A stretch of DNA of 61,597 nt, counting the filler, from Dimargaris cristalligena (lineage: Eukaryota), in assembly GCA_003614675.1 (NCBI GenBank). It is 17 parts of 17 records of this genome, joined end to end, with 100 filler letters (N's around TTAATTAATTAA, not from the genome) between each part and the next. Parts side by side here need not be neighbours in the genome. Positions count along the whole stretch, not along the records: positions 10,974 to 14,521 come from ML003915.1; positions 14,622 to 18,165 come from ML003916.1; positions 18,266 to 21,804 come from ML003917.1; positions 21,905 to 25,433 come from ML003918.1; positions 25,534 to 29,061 come from ML003919.1; 12 more parts are not named here. One strand, written 5' to 3'. The notes under the pieces were generated by a model. That model saw nothing but the letters and a program-made list of their open reading frames with translations. It was not told the origin of the DNA and did no database searches. Made by a program: the position numbers and the translations under genes. Positions 12,328 through 25,917 of this stretch are shown piece by piece; the stretch's first letter is position 1; each line of letters begins with the position of its first letter.

Positions 12328-14108
12328 AGGGCCCCAAAATTAGATTCCCTCACCGAGCTGAAACGTTCTATTCATCGCAAACTACTCATTAAGGTAATCA
12401 AGCGTTTGCTAGAATGGAGGACGACCCTCTCTCTATTTGCCTAGCCCCACTGGCTTATGATTATTATATTTTTTTCAGTATTGAAGCGAACAAGGCCATC
12501 CCCTTCCTCCTCTTCAAAATATAGTAAGTACATCACTTCCTTCACTCTCGAAATTTCCCTCGCCTTTAAATATTGGAAAGACGCGTCAGCTGATCGCCCT
12601 ACCTTTTAGTTTTCCACCCACACACCTACACACATTCGCATTCCCATCCCCCTCACACTTACCTATTAAAATTCTATCTGACAAGCAAGTAACTGCTGGG
12701 GTTTTCTACAGCCGGTTAGTCTGGGTAATAAAAACTACTCACTATCATAGTTGGTCCATTTCTAAGCAACCCCTCCTACCCCCTTACTCCACAAATACAG
12801 GAGGAAATGACCACTCGAAAAGGACTTGGGTACGAAGGAGGATAGGGCTTATTAGCTGTGTAAAGTAAAGTAAAGTAAAGTAAAGTAAACAAGGGCGATG
12901 ATTAAACCCTAAATTTTCCCCAGGCGGATGGCCCAAAGTATCGGGGGAATTAACAAGAATCAAAATGGACGGTAAGATGACGTACCCTCCCCCCCTCTCT
13001 CTTCAGCTTCACTACGTATACCTCATGGATTCTCACCAATCGTCGTTGCTCCTTCCCTCCCCCCAAATAATATCCAAGTTACATTGGTCAGAATCTCCGC
13101 CATTATAGTCCAACACGTCTATCAATCGATTCAAAACTAAATACACCAGCTAACAATACCAGCATGGGTGTGGCGGCGGAGTTACAGCCAAGGTATCATC
13201 TCCGAGGTAGGGTAGTACCCAGTGGCGCGGGGAAAATATTGCGATAAGCCAATGCCCGACAAAATCCCTTGACCTTGAATCAGAGCTGCCCGCATTAAAT
13301 GTTTCACAAATAATGTTACAGTAGCTTATAGAAACCTCCAATAGGTAACCATTGCCACCCACTCTGGATATTATTGTTATAGCACATCTTCAATACTTTT
13401 CCCAAGCTTTTATTCAATAATCCAAATTTCTGAGAATAGCCTGAACAGTTAAGCAACATTATCTTGAATGATATTATTCTCTCGCCAGGCCACTCGTGAA
13501 AAACGTAAATGCCAGTGCTAACGGGCCACTGCGGCCCCACAACGAAACCCAACAACGCTACAACTCAATCACATATAAATCAATATCAACGAATGCAGCA
13601 ACTTAATGCAAGTAAATCCGCAGGAGCAAGAAAGATGAGGGAACAAGCGTGGGTATAGTAATCATCGGAACAAATCCCAATATCAATTCTATTTTTAAAA
13701 TCCTGCTCAAAGTGTTTGAGCAACCAAACGAATGATTATTAAAGCCAATGAAAACGTAATAGTCATTAGAATCCGGAAACGACTATATGAAAAATACATA
13801 CATAGGTAGGGAAATAAACTTAAGAGGGAGGAGGGTGTGGTGTACATGGTGAATGGGGATGGGGAAGTTGAGAACATATGACAAGGGGTGGCGGGGATGA
13901 CTGGTGCAGTTATTAACTGGACAAGGCCAGTAGCGGAAATTAGGTAGGTGTACATTAAAATATAGTAATGAGTGTAAAAAATAAATAAAACCGAGGCGTA
14001 ATGAACATACATATTAACATTGTCGATGAAAAGGCACAAACCGGCTGTTATTGAGAAATGGACGCTACCCAGGCCCATCCCATAACGCCGCCCGCGGCTA
14101 TTGTCTCC

Positions 14109-14521
14109 CTAGTACCAAGGATGATAACTCAGCTGAAGCATAATCGAGCCACGCGGGGCATCCTTAAGTCGGAGTTTAATAACGCTCTCAGCATTAGGGC
14201 TATAGTGGCCACTGTTCGGGTCGCTACTAGTATCGGCCCGACTGTTACCCGCGGTCGACGGGGCATTGGCTGGCGCCGCCGAAGTATCCAGCTGGTCCCG
14301 GCTCTTCAGGGCATCCAAAAGAGCGCTACTCAGTTCCAATTCAGCCCGACCTAGGTACTCATCCGTATCGTTCTGCGGATCCTCACTCATGACGGTGATC
14401 ACCAGGGTAGGTGTGGCACTGACCTTGGCCAGGCCTTCCACTGAGGACGACATGGGCGTATCCACGCCCACCTGGCTGCTGTATTTGCTATTGCTGGTGG
14501 GTATCCGGGCCAGCCCAGTGG
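14109..14521 (-). CDS. 3' fragment of a gene ending in a C2 domain (5' part off-contig)
   Basis: Frame is open to the contig edge. TLVITVMSEDP...DEYLGRAEL and KLRLKDAPRGSIMLQLSY match C-terminal C2 beta-strands. Confidence 0.7.
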
Positions 14522-15082
14522 NNNNNNNNNNNNNNNNNNNNNNNNNNNNNNNNNNNNNNNNNNNNTTAATTAATTAANNNNNNNNNNNNNNNNNNNNNNN
14601 NNNNNNNNNNNNNNNNNNNNNATAATGGTGGGAGGAGGGATCACCCTGATATTCTGAGTATGTGAATGCATGTGTGGGGGGGAGAGGGAAGCTGCAGCAC
14701 GTAGGGGAACAAGTCGGTTTGCCCAGGGCATTAAACTTGGTCGCTGCTATAAATATGGCATTACGAATCGCCTAAATTGGTACAGTGGACACTAACGGCA
14801 ATAGATATTTCCATTGGTGGTAACTAAGGCAGGCCACGTATCCATCCATGGCAGTTGAGTGGCCTAATTTATTATATATACCTAAATAAAAACACAACAC
14901 ACCGCAGGCCAAGCGGAGTTGGCTGGAGTTTAACATGCACCCGATTAAGAGATAGCTCCGGCACATAAGTCTAGTGGATGTGCTAGTCACTATATCCTAT
15001 AATAAGGCCAAGTACACAACGCCACAAATCTAGCCAGTGCAGCTCACCACCCCAGTTCGCTTCCACGGCCACCCCTTTCCCC

Positions 15083-18000
15083 CTACAACGGCGTATTCCC
15101 ATTAAGCCTTGGACCAATGGCTGTTTCACTCAGGGAACTCAGAATATTGTCCAAAACAGGGTGGGTTCCGTCGGCCACCTCGGCTAAAATATCGGCAGTG
15201 GGCAGTGCCTGCTTCCGCTTCCTTTTACCCAAGCCGGGGGTTTGGCCAGCGTCTTGAACTGGCTCGCTCTCTCCGTCTAAGCCGGAGTCCGAATTTAATT
15301 CGGCCCCCCAATCATGGGGAGCCAGTGCTGCGAAATGGTGTTGCTCCAGCACCATGGGTGCCAGATTTTCCACCCATTGGCGTTGGTGCAGCAGACTGAA
15401 CAGCTCGCTAAATAAATGGGTATTGCGAAGCGTTGATTGCGAACCAACGAGAATGAGTTTACCTTTCGCGCGGGTGAGGGCCACGTTAATGCGCCGCCAG
15501 TCCTTGAGTAAATCGCCAATGTTAGAATTGGGGTTGGAACGCACAAACGACATGATAATACAGTCCTTGTCCCGGCCCTGGTATTTGTCCACGGTGTGGA
15601 TTTCAATTCCCGGGTGGGGACGGAATAGGTGCTGCAGAATTTTGAGTTGGGCTCGGTAGGGACAGATTACCCCGATACGGTCTTCGGCCACCCCGCAGTG
15701 CAATAACATCCGCACCATTTGGTGGACGACTTCGGCCTCCGTGGGGTTCTGGACCAGTTCGCCCCGGCGGACCTCGGGTGCGGGGACCGAGTCGGTATTG
15801 AAAAAAACGACACTCCGCGCAGGGTCCAGTACTGTACTCAGCCAGCACGGTGAACCTGGGCAGAATGCACGGGGGGCCTGGGACTGGCTCTGTGTGGCGG
15901 CGGCCTGCGCGGCCAGTTGGGTGTGGAAATGCGTCAAGTTCGCCAAATGGGAGACGGCCAAGGGACGCTGGGCCACGGCCGCCGTGCCACACCGCAGTCG
16001 GTGGTCATAAATCAAATGGTTAGCCAGCAGCATAATATCCGCGTTCATGCGGTACTGGTGCTCCAGTTTGACCACCGCCTCCGGATGGGCTTCCGAAAGC
16101 TGCTTAAATAAACTGAGGGTGAGGCCGTTCAGGCGGGCTTCGGTGGTACGTACCAACGGGGGTAGTTGGTAGTGGTCCCCGACGAGAATAAAGGTCCGGG
16201 CGAAGCGCAAGGGCCCGATACAGACGGGAAGGGTAATTTGGGACGCCTCATCGACGATACAGTAATCGAAGCGGCGTTTCTGGAGTAAACCATGCCCAAT
16301 TCCTAGGCAGGTCGTGCCCACCACATCCCCCGACGCGTAGAAGCGCCCCACCTCCTCCACCGTTTGGAAGTCGTCCATATTAGGGATGTAAGGTCGAATA
16401 ACGGGATGCACCTTATTGGCGTTACCCAATCGAACGACGGTGATATCAGGGTTATCGTATATCTTGAGTAGAATGTTATCCACGGCCGTATGGGTGTACG
16501 AAGTGAGCAAGACGGACTTGTGGTTGGCCACGAGGACCCGGACGATAAAGGCGATGGTGAACGTCTTGCCCGTACCGGGCATGCCCAAGATAAGGGCATA
16601 ATCCTGGGCGTTAAGGACCTGTTCGATGGCCCGGCGCTGGTCAACGTTAAGGGCATCAAAGTCCGCCCGGAGCGAGGGGGGGATTTTCAAAGGGCCGAAT
16701 TCTTCCTCATCCTCACCACCATTTCCCCGCCCGGAGGGCTGGCGGCGGAGGGGGTGAATCAAGGAATTGTTAGCGGGCGTAGAGCTATCCCGGAGGGTGG
16801 AACAATGGAACCGGGGTGCATCGCGGTCCACGACCAACCGGCGTAACCGAGGGTCGCTGTCCTGCGAAAACAGGTTCACCAGATTGTAGCGTACCCCGGC
16901 CATTCCGTTGGCCATTTCGTCTTTGTCGATGCGATAGGGAAACCGTGCCCACCGCCAACTCGGATTCGTTAGTTCGGGATCGTCTTGGGAATAGGCCGCT
17001 AGAGCCCGGCTAGGGATGAGCGCATGTTCTTCCGGGCTCGGTAGAAACTCGGCGACTTTGGTGACCGTAGGTGGCATGCCATCAGGGCCTACTCGACCCT
17101 CCAAGGCCACCTCCATAATACTCCGGTACCGTTGCTTACGAACGGAATCAAAGGGCGTCTGGCGGCGGGGGCAGCCTCGTAAGGGCCGGTCGAGTGATAC
17201 TTGAATATCTTCGCTATTGATTTCGAGGACGTAGCCAAGGGCGAATGCGTAGTGCCCAACTTCGGAGGAAATGACCACGGGGTCACCCACGTTGAGCTGG
17301 GACTGGAGTAGGGATGATGAACCCCGTCGAACCGAACCCGAGGTTGACTTGGACGACCGCGAATTAGGGGCACCCATCCCACCTTCATCCACTTTAAACC
17401 GGTAGCGGTAGCGGTTAATTCCCTCCAACTCGCCCATGTCCTCGGTTTCTCTTTCCACTACCACCATGGGACTGAGACACCGTCCGAGCGAGGCTCGCTC
17501 ATGGGCCAATAACGTCCAAATTTCTTTACGGTAGCGGAACATGTCCGACTCCTCCATGTCCAGGAGCTGCTCCCACTTCTCAAAAAAATCAATGTGGGCG
17601 GACGTCACCCCGAGCATTTTGGCGGTATAGAGAGGTCCCAGACCGCTCGTGGCCTCCGACCCGTTTTCTAAAGAACGGTGGAACATGAGACAGGTATCCA
17701 GGGTGGAGCAACTCTTGCATATCCGGGGTTCGCTGATCATGGGGGGTAACCGGCGGTGGGCGGTGATGTAGCAGGCCATTTGGTTACGCAGTATGAGCAG
17801 ACTGCGCATCTCGTCACGCAGGGCTGGGACCAGGACCATTTCCCGGGTTTTCACGTAATAGAGGAGACCGTGTTCGATTGGGATATCGTACCGGTCCCCC
17901 ATAAGAAGCGTGTAGAGTGACAATTGGGCCCGGTGAGAGGGAACCCGAGATGATCGGCTCGTCTTGAGTTCAAGGGGCATCGTAAGGACCCGCAAACCAT

Positions 18001-18165
18001 TGGGTCCCGGGAGATGGACCTCCACCGACACATCGACTTTACCCTTGAGGCCGTACATGGGGGACCAGATGTGTTCTTCAATATCGAGTACTTTGGGGAT
18101 GGCCAGTATGGGCAAAGGGGGCGGCCCAGTCCCCCGGGGCCCGGTATTGGAAGGCAAATCGACCT
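15083..18165 (-). CDS. DNA2: DNA replication nuclease/helicase Dna2, C-terminal about 1025 aa
   Basis: Nuclease motifs IEEHIWSPMYGLKGKVD...PLELKT; Fe-S cysteines CKSCSTLDTC; SF1 helicase motifs GMPGTGKT, IVDEASQ, LVGDHYQLPP, QYRMN, TVDKYQGRDKD and RRINVALTRAK. Confidence 0.97.
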
Positions 18166-18277
18166 NNNNNNNNNNNNNNNNNNNNNNNNNNNNNNNNNNN
18201 NNNNNNNNNTTAATTAATTAANNNNNNNNNNNNNNNNNNNNNNNNNNNNNNNNNNNNNNNNNNNNTGCTACTCACAG

Positions 18278-18998
18278 AATTTCGTCGGCTCGATGAAGTC
18301 TCATAATCGCCCATTTTTGTACGTGTGGAAAACACTGGCCGCCGTCTTCCCCCACGTAGTATGTCATCCCGAGCGGGTGGAAGGTGAACATTTCGTCACC
18401 AACTTGGTAAGTTGGACAAGTGGAATATCCCTCTCCCCATAAGATCGGCCTATTTGGGCCGAAACCAAGAGATGGTATTTATAACTATACAGTGGCCAAC
18501 AACTTATTATCAACAACCCACCGATTTTCTGGTGTTATGCAGCGTGCATCCATGGGAAAGGTCGAATATATGAAGGCGGGTCTATGCCACCGAGACCCGC
18601 CTTGTCCTTAACAGTAACTTCTAAGCCACTAGTTGAGCACTGCCCAGTTTCCCCTTTGCGAGCCCGCATCATACTAACATTGCCTCTATGTTGGCCATAC
18701 TCGATTTATTTGACCCGCTTTCTAGGTATTCTTTGCGTCAAACCGTCCCATCAAGGGCTTCCGTCAACCTACGGAACGAGAGATTGATGACACATCCCTC
18801 CGCGAAATGGCCTTCCGCTATCTCAGGGAGCGGCCGCTGATCCACGTTGAAAAGGAATTCAAGGACCAGTTGTTCCCCGAACTAGCCCCCATTACCGATC
18901 GGGATAATATGTTAGCCCACGAGCAGACTTACTCCGCCGAGCGTCACTGGTATAACATGAATAATATCATCCCGGTTGACGCTTGGTCAGTGTATTAA
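18278..18998 (+). CDS. 3' exons (18278-18406, 18726-18998) of a fungal spermidine-synthase-like SAM-dependent transferase
   Basis: cag|NFVGS...TLAAVFPHV...TNL|gtaagt and tag|VFFASNRPIKGFRQP...ITDRDN...QTYSAERHWYNM...W splice in phase 0. Family recognised from memory of motifs only. Confidence 0.6.
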
Positions 18999-21320
18999 TT
19001 CGGTTGACATTAAATTTATATTTATTCTCCCGCATTTTTTTTAGGTTTATTGCGATTCTTATGACAATGTCATTTGTAAAAGCCCACTCGAGCCCGAGGG
19101 CCTGGTTTGCTCCCGGTTGTTGGATTCAACACCTTCCTCGTCCTTGGTTTTAATCTTTTCCATTGGCTCTCACACAGTTAGAATCCATTATTAGAGCTAC
19201 TACTAATATTTTTATTTAGAAAGCGGAAAGGCTTGGGTCGAAATATGCTGTACATCCCCAATAAACACCTACTTGGGAATTATTCCCCTCTTCAAATCCT
19301 CACTTCCGTCGAATCTAGGATATCAGGAAGTCGAGTCGATTGCCCATTCGTTGATTTACAGGTGCATCGATGGGATGGTGGAAAAGGTGGCTATGGCACT
19401 AGCTCGTTACTTTACTGTTACAATCAGAGTTCACCCCTTCCCCCATTAACTCTACTTGAATCCTAAAAATAGATGTTTAGGCAGACTGGCTCACTCGATA
19501 TGCATGGAATACTTGGCTGCTTTTGAACCATTGGTGTTGAGCGCAAACGTCTGTGTTATTCACCAGTACTAAGCCCAGGCCCAGGTCCAGAGGGATGCCA
19601 CTGGAAATCCTAATTGGCCTGGCTGAGCGCCTCTGAATGTAGTAACTGACGATATATGTATGCGGGTGGATATGTATGTATCCAAGCTGGGCAGCTGACT
19701 TGGTATGTACATGGGGGGAAGGATATACAGCATCGCTTCCACCTGGTGGGCCCAAACATTTAGCCGGGCCCCCAGGGGGTCAACGAATTCATAGCCTAGT
19801 TGCGGGTGAGGGGAAGGAAAGTGGGGAGGACATGACAACATTAGAGTGTTTAATGGCGTAGGGGGAGGGGGACTAATTGAGTTGGCTTCGAATCTGCCAG
19901 TGGTGAAGGTAAATTAATCAAAGGGGGGGCTAGTAATAGACCATAGAGATAAAGCAGTAACTGTACTAGTGTTGCATAATTGGGTGACCCCAGCATGAAA
20001 AAGGCCTCCGCAGCTTTTCGGAATTTTAAACCCAAACACTCTTAACGTAAATAATGGGTTCTCCCAGATAAGACATCCGAGATCCATCGCCAGGGTAGGC
20101 GGCGGTCTAAGGGGTGTAGGTTTCTATTAATACACCCCTCCATTTGTTTTGGTTCGGAGGATCTGTTCCATTTCCCAATATTTCGAGAGACGAATGGCCA
20201 CCCCACCCCCCAATTCCCAAATCGGCCAGGAAACCCGTTGAGGGTGTAAAATAACCGACTTATTCTCCACACCCAAGAGTGCCATGACTCACACAACCCA
20301 TCAGCTCTGTCGCACGGAAACCGGTGGAATACGTCTGACCAGCTCACACCCATTTGGCCACTTGGGCCTCCGCAGTGTGGACCTGGCTGACTTTGCGTTA
20401 GCCACCGAAGTTCCTCACCTTCTGGGAAGGGGATACACAGCCATGCATGGCGAACGTACAGCTGACTGAATTCGAATAAAAATTGTCCCGACGACGTAAA
20501 CAATACTGCCAACTGGCGTCGAACCCACTGAGGTCGGGATGGGAGATCAATGTAGTGGCGGTGGAGGGGTGTGTGAGGACGGATGCCGGGAGGCCGTTTA
20601 ACCACCCAAACGGATGGGTTGTGTGGGGGGAATGGGAGATGGGGAGGGCTTGGCCAGGTTTTTTTTACACCGCGGTCTATAGAATGTCCGAATTATAATT
20701 ATTATTGACGGCCAGGGGGAAGACTATACTGTTGCTGTATTTTTGGACCAATGAACGACTAGTTTACTCCTACTTACCTACCCAAATCCCAGTAGGAAAG
20801 CGATAGGAGAGGGGGGTATGCGAGCCCAAAGTGTAGCGCATACTGAAAATGAATAACCCGACTCTGAGATTAAATTCATCTATAAATACCTATCAAGTCG
20901 GCACCGAATGGAGGAAATTTAAGCCCAGTGCCCTCTTTTATCTTATCCCTTTACGACTCTCCCAATCCTCTTGATGACCTTCGGTGGATATTGCTACATC
21001 AGCAATCCTCAATACACCTCCTCATATCCCTACGCAATTCTTACGACTCTAACTACCGATCCCTAATCGGAAATCTCCCTTTAAAAAAACCTCATTAAAC
21101 CCTTTCTAAAAATATATATATTCGGCTACATTTGTTTATTGTACACATCGGCCTTTGAATTCATTAGCCCCTCATTTTTTTACGATCAAGAGCGCCCTGT
21201 TTCCCGATCATCTTCGGAATTTAGGCATTTATTTTTTATTCAACAAAAAAGTCCTTGACGGATTTTAGATAGTTTTTGGGAATTTTCCTGTTCATCCTCC
21301 TTCCTCAGTAAAGCTTCAGT

Positions 21321-21804
21321 ATGAAGGTCAACGTTGCGATTATAACTCTTATGGCCACGGCCATGGCTTCGCAAGCTCTTGCCGCTCCCTCGCCCGCTGC
21401 TCCCCTTGCGCCCCGCTACGACGTGACCCCCGCCCCTCAGTACACCACCAGCGGAAGTGGTAGTGGTAATGGAGGCGATGGCGGTGACGGTGGCAACGGC
21501 GGCAAGACTACTACCGGCTGGAGCTCAGGTCATGGATCGGGTTCCGGTTCCGGCTTTGGTAACGGTGGAGACGGCGGTGACGGTGGCAATGGCGGCAATG
21601 GAGGAAAGTCTACCAGTTGGGGCTCTGGATCCGGCTCCGGTAATGGCGGAGACGGCGGTGATGGCGGCAATGGTGGCAACGGCGGCAAAACTACCACCGG
21701 CTGGGGCTCTGGATCCGGCTCCGGTAATGGTGGCAACGGCGGCAAGACCTCTGGATGGACTTCCGGCCATGGCTCCGGCTCTGGTAATGGTGGAGACGGC
21801 GGTG
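21321..21804 (+). CDS. Secreted glycine-rich repeat protein, 3' truncated by contig end
   Basis: Signal peptide MKVNVAIITLMATAMASQALA, possible pro-peptide ending LAPR, then repeats of GNGGDGGDGGNGG(NGG)KTTxGWxSG(HG)SGS. Confidence 0.9.
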
Positions 21805-22025
21805 NNNNNNNNNNNNNNNNNNNNNNNNNNNNNNNNNNNNNNNNNNNNTTAATTAATTAANNNNNNNNNNNNNNNNNNNNNNNNNNNNNNNNNNNNNNNN
21901 NNNNATCTTTTTTGGTCCCGCTTGAAGCGAAATGCCCTGAGTGTTGGGGGCGAATTATCACCGACTACTACTCGGACTAAATGATATAAGCCGGCATAGG
22001 GATACCCCCAAGGCGGGAAACTTAC

Positions 22026-22706
22026 CAGTGATGAGGCCATGGATTGGCACACCGTCCTTCGACCACAGTAGACCCTCGCAGTCGGCGTCCCACCGAAATT
22101 CAACTTCTTCGTTGACCCAGTCCTCGGGGATGGTGACCTTGACCTCAAACCAATGGGTTGACTGTTAAATTGAATAAGCCATGGTAGTGCAAATGATAGG
22201 CCAAGTGTGGGTTTAATTCCACCCATTGTAAGATAAACGAACCATTTTGAAGTTATTAGTAACCCCGGATGAATCACGGTGCTTCTTATTCACCCCACTA
22301 TTGGGACCGTGCTGTGGCAAAGGTGGTGGAGTTAAGCTGAAGTAAAGTCGTCTTATAACCCGCTGACACTCCCTCCCCACTTCAGCCAGGTCTTTATTGT
22401 CAACCGGCACATATACCCGGCGTGTATTCTTCCCCCCAAACTCTGCCGTGGTCTGGCCTCTTCACTTACCCAGGTCGGACCAAACGAGTCCCCGATTTTA
22501 GCGGGTTTGAACTCGGCCTTCATAGCCTCAGCAAACGAAATTCGCTGAAGGTCCGGCACCGAATAGGAGCGTAGTTTCACGTAGTGGTGCCGATTTTCTC
22601 GCTTGGTGGTCAGCACGTGGAACAGGGAAACCTCTGCGAATTGACCGGTGGCCAAAAATTTCCCGAAGCGGTTGCGGGTGATATCACGGTGTTTGAGCAT
22701 CGGCAT
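22026..22706 (-). CDS. AMS1: 5' exons (22706-22470, 22161-22026) of a GH38 alpha-mannosidase, Ams1-like
   Basis: Spliced product ...YSVPDLQRISFAEA...GDSFGPTW|STHWFEVKVTIPEDW...DADCEGLLW...GVPIHGL. GTAAGT donors at 22469 and 22025; CAG acceptor before 22161. Confidence 0.85.
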
Positions 22707-23571
22707 GGCCAGTGGTTGGAGTTGGTTATAATATTTACGTGAGTAGGGGGGTGTCGGCTAATAAAGGGGAAGCTTTGGATACTAGAGGAGAAAAGAGACG
22801 AGTGTGGCAGTATTCCAAACCCGATAGTATAATAAAATAATGTGTAGGGTTTACTGTATGGCTGATATAAGACGCAGGTTGCAAAAGGAAAGAAGTGGTA
22901 AGTAAGATAGTTGGAGTAAGGTGCAAAACTACTAGAAGAGGGTTCGGATAAGGGAAGCGGGAGAGCCAAGGGTTTATTATAGTAAACCACACTTTCCCAG
23001 CCGGCGTCTTGAGACACACCAAAGAAAGGCCTACTTCCCTGATGTGTGTGACTACGGTTTCTTCCCAGACAGGCGCACTTCATCGGCAGACCTCCCTAAA
23101 TTGGGCAGTGGTCATGGGACCAGGGGAGAATGGCTCTGTGGGAACCTTGAAAGTTCGAAGCCACCACCCTAGCCAGCTTATTCATTCAGTCCCGGCTGGT
23201 CCACCCAGTACTTGCCCATGCGCTTAGCCGGGAAGTAAAACCTGGCCCAAGGCCGGTATCTTATGCATGCACGGCTGACTGGATTAATAAACCTGCTTGG
23301 GTGAGGCTGTGGTAAGCCACAGTGTCTGACTAGGTCACTAAACATACCTAATCCCCGGCCACTTAAAAAGAAAATTAGCTTAAAATGAATTATAACAATC
23401 TATGGCTAATATGGATGAAATTCTCCCATACAAATATTATGTAAAACTTTATATAGCTGGTTTAAACATTTGGGTGAGAAGCTTTTAACCAGTAATATTG
23501 ACCCCATCTAATGGATTTTTTGTTATACAGCCTGGATGAACTTTATCCATCTGTTTTTACACATTGTTCCC

Positions 23572-24170
23572 TGTTGCCTGAGTTAACTACTCTTAGTCTG
23601 TTAAGAGTCCTAGGGATAGGCTTCTAATGGTAGGTGGGGCTTAGACTCAGCCAAGTGGGCTACTAGTATTAGGGAGGGATTAGTACTAACTAAATAAAAA
23701 ATGAGTACAGGCTAATGTAAGGGACATACAGCAGGCATAGTTTCTAGCTAATACAATGAGTGAGTATATAATGAGTTTATTGAGGTCAACTTTGGGGGTA
23801 AGAGATAAGCTAAGGAATTGAACCCATCCCAGTGGGGCCCAGCTATTTATATGTAGGGACCACTCATAATGAGAGGTCCCTAAGAGAATGAGATGACTAA
23901 ATAAAGAGGTGAGGGTCAGAGTCTTAACTAGGTGGGCTTAATTCCAGAAGACTCCACTAAAGGAAGGAGGAATATTAGATCAGCCAGTGGAGTATTATAT
24001 GAGAAGTATTGGGACCTGGTCATAGTGGGTTATATTGTAACCAAATGGGCTGAGTAGGGCCAAGGACTATAGGTGAAATAACAAGGGATGCCAAGTAGGG
24101 TAGGTAAATAACTAATGATTTAAATGAGATTAAAATATAAAGTGAGTATTTATTTCTAAGACAAGGAACA
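23572..24170 (-). mobile_element. LTR family A copy next to the 3' end of a Gypsy element
   Basis: tgttgcctgagttaactactcttag...gataggcttctaatggtagg is homologous to 42426-43008. TG..CA ends; distal boundary approximate. Confidence 0.75.
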
Positions 24171-25363
24171 ATAGTTGGCCACTTAGGTTGGTATATTATA
24201 TTCCTCCTGGATGAGGTACTGCTCTTGTGCTGTTGGGGGGAGGTGGCCTCTTCTAGTTTCACAATACTCCAGGGTAATTCCTTGTCCTTGGAGGTTGTGA
24301 CTGGTGATTCTAAGATTTTTTTGCTCTGTTTTTCCCAGAGGTGGGGGAATGTCAACAGGGTAGGGCTGGTTGGTTCATGTAGCCTTTTTTGGGCCTCTCA
24401 AGATGCTTTGGCCTAAGGGGGGGACCTCAAAGCTTGTCTCTTGCTGCCCTGGGGGTATATATGTGATGGCAGTTGGTCCACCAGAGGGGCTGATAGATAT
24501 TCCAAGTCCAGTTCTGAGTACAACTTGGAGGTTAACTATCCAAATTCTTCATTATCAGTTTCAATATTCTCATTATCATGTTCCTCCCATGAATATTCTG
24601 CCAGGAGTTGGGGTCTTATTAAGGGTACAGTTATTTCACCATCCCCATTATATAGGAGCTCATTATTCCCATCATATAGGTCCTCATCACTCCCATTGCC
24701 CTGCTGTTTGCCTCTTATCTCCTCAGTGGTATGAATCCAGCCTGTCTTGCCTGTGGTGGTCTGTGCTATTAGTGCGTGAACCATTGATGTAGCCATTGTT
24801 TCTCCTGATTGATTATCCCCATCCTCATTACTCATATAGTAAGGGAGGAGGAGGTCACCATGGACATTGCAGGGTCAGGGGTTACCATCAAGGTTGGTTA
24901 GTCTGTATGATAGACCAGTCCTCTCCAGAACTTGGAATGTACCCATTCTTTGTTCTGGTCAACTGGCTAGGTTGGCAGGCTTCAGGATAACTTTAACAGT
25001 GACTAGTTCACCCAGTATGTATTGTCTCCTTGTGACATGTCAATTATGCTGCTCCATGGCTTGTTTCCTTACTCAAGTATGCTATTCCTTTGCCTGGTCA
25101 ATGGCCCACCATGTGAATTCCTCCAGCCCACCCTCAGTATTAGGGTATAGAAGTAATTGAGGCATGTTGACAGTTTATTTGATACCTTTCAGGGACATCC
25201 AGAGTAAAATGCCAGTATGTGGATCAAAAATATTTGTGTGGGTGGCAGTGATTTAAGGAAGGTAGCAGGTCCAGCCCTCAGTTGTGCCATATTGACTCCA
25301 GTACTTCTGTAATGAGTTTTTTAACAGGCCTACATAACACTAAGCTAGCTCAGAGATAGGGTG
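24171..25363 (-). mobile_element. Heavily CpG-mutated integrase C-terminus and 3' region of the Gypsy family at 51050-54397
   Basis: About 24710-25363 aligns in reverse complement to about 53740-54397 (SNEDGDNQSGE vs SNEDGNNQSGE). Almost all CpG lost. Confidence 0.9.
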
Positions 25364-25433
25364 TGTAAAGAACTGAACTCAAATCCTTGAAAACTGAACT
25401 TTATTTGAAAAGATAGATAATAAAAGGGAAAGG
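25364..25433 (-). mobile_element. LTR family B end, nested in the Gypsy integrase
   Basis: Integrase homology stops abruptly at gatagggtg|tgtaaagaac. Confidence 0.85.
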
Positions 25434-25533
25434 NNNNNNNNNNNNNNNNNNNNNNNNNNNNNNNNNNNNNNNNNNNNTTAATTAATTAANNNNNNNNNNN
25501 NNNNNNNNNNNNNNNNNNNNNNNNNNNNNNNNN

Positions 25534-25870
25534 TGGAAGAACCCATGAAAGTTGTCAATTAATGGGGACTGGGTTTTGAGAAGTGGTGCAAACCAAGCCA
25601 GGTCCTTGCCAGAAAGCAGGGTGCCTACTAATCCGACTTGGGCTGAGCTCTTGGGATAACCTTAATGTTGACGAGCCGCACTTGGTTGATGGAGCCTCGG
25701 AACTTTGATCGGGTACCATCGAATTCGTCTGGGAGGCTTATTTTGTATTCTTGATGTTGGGCTGGCGTCAATGGTGCTTGGTGGATTTGGGCAACAGCCT
25801 CCCAGAGACACTGGTTTTCTTCCTGAAGGTGTTGTAGCATGGCCAAGACTTGGTCTAGGCTTGTAGTCAT
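25534..25870 (-). mobile_element. gag: Ty3/Gypsy (chromovirus-like) gag N-terminus, frameshifted
   Basis: MTTSLDQVLAMLQHLQEEN...KISLPDEFDGTRSKFRGSINQVRL; a second frame gives GTLLSGKDLAWFAPLL. Confidence 0.88.
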
Positions 25871-25917
25871 GGTAGCAGAGTGGCTTGCAGGTAGGCAGGT
25901 AGAGATCCTGATCAAAC

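Noticed and set aside
15109..18221. Many antisense and alternate-frame ORFs over DNA2 (also over the MFS, Boi-like and secreted genes)
   Set aside because: Shadow ORFs expected in GC-rich coding DNA; no recognisable motifs.
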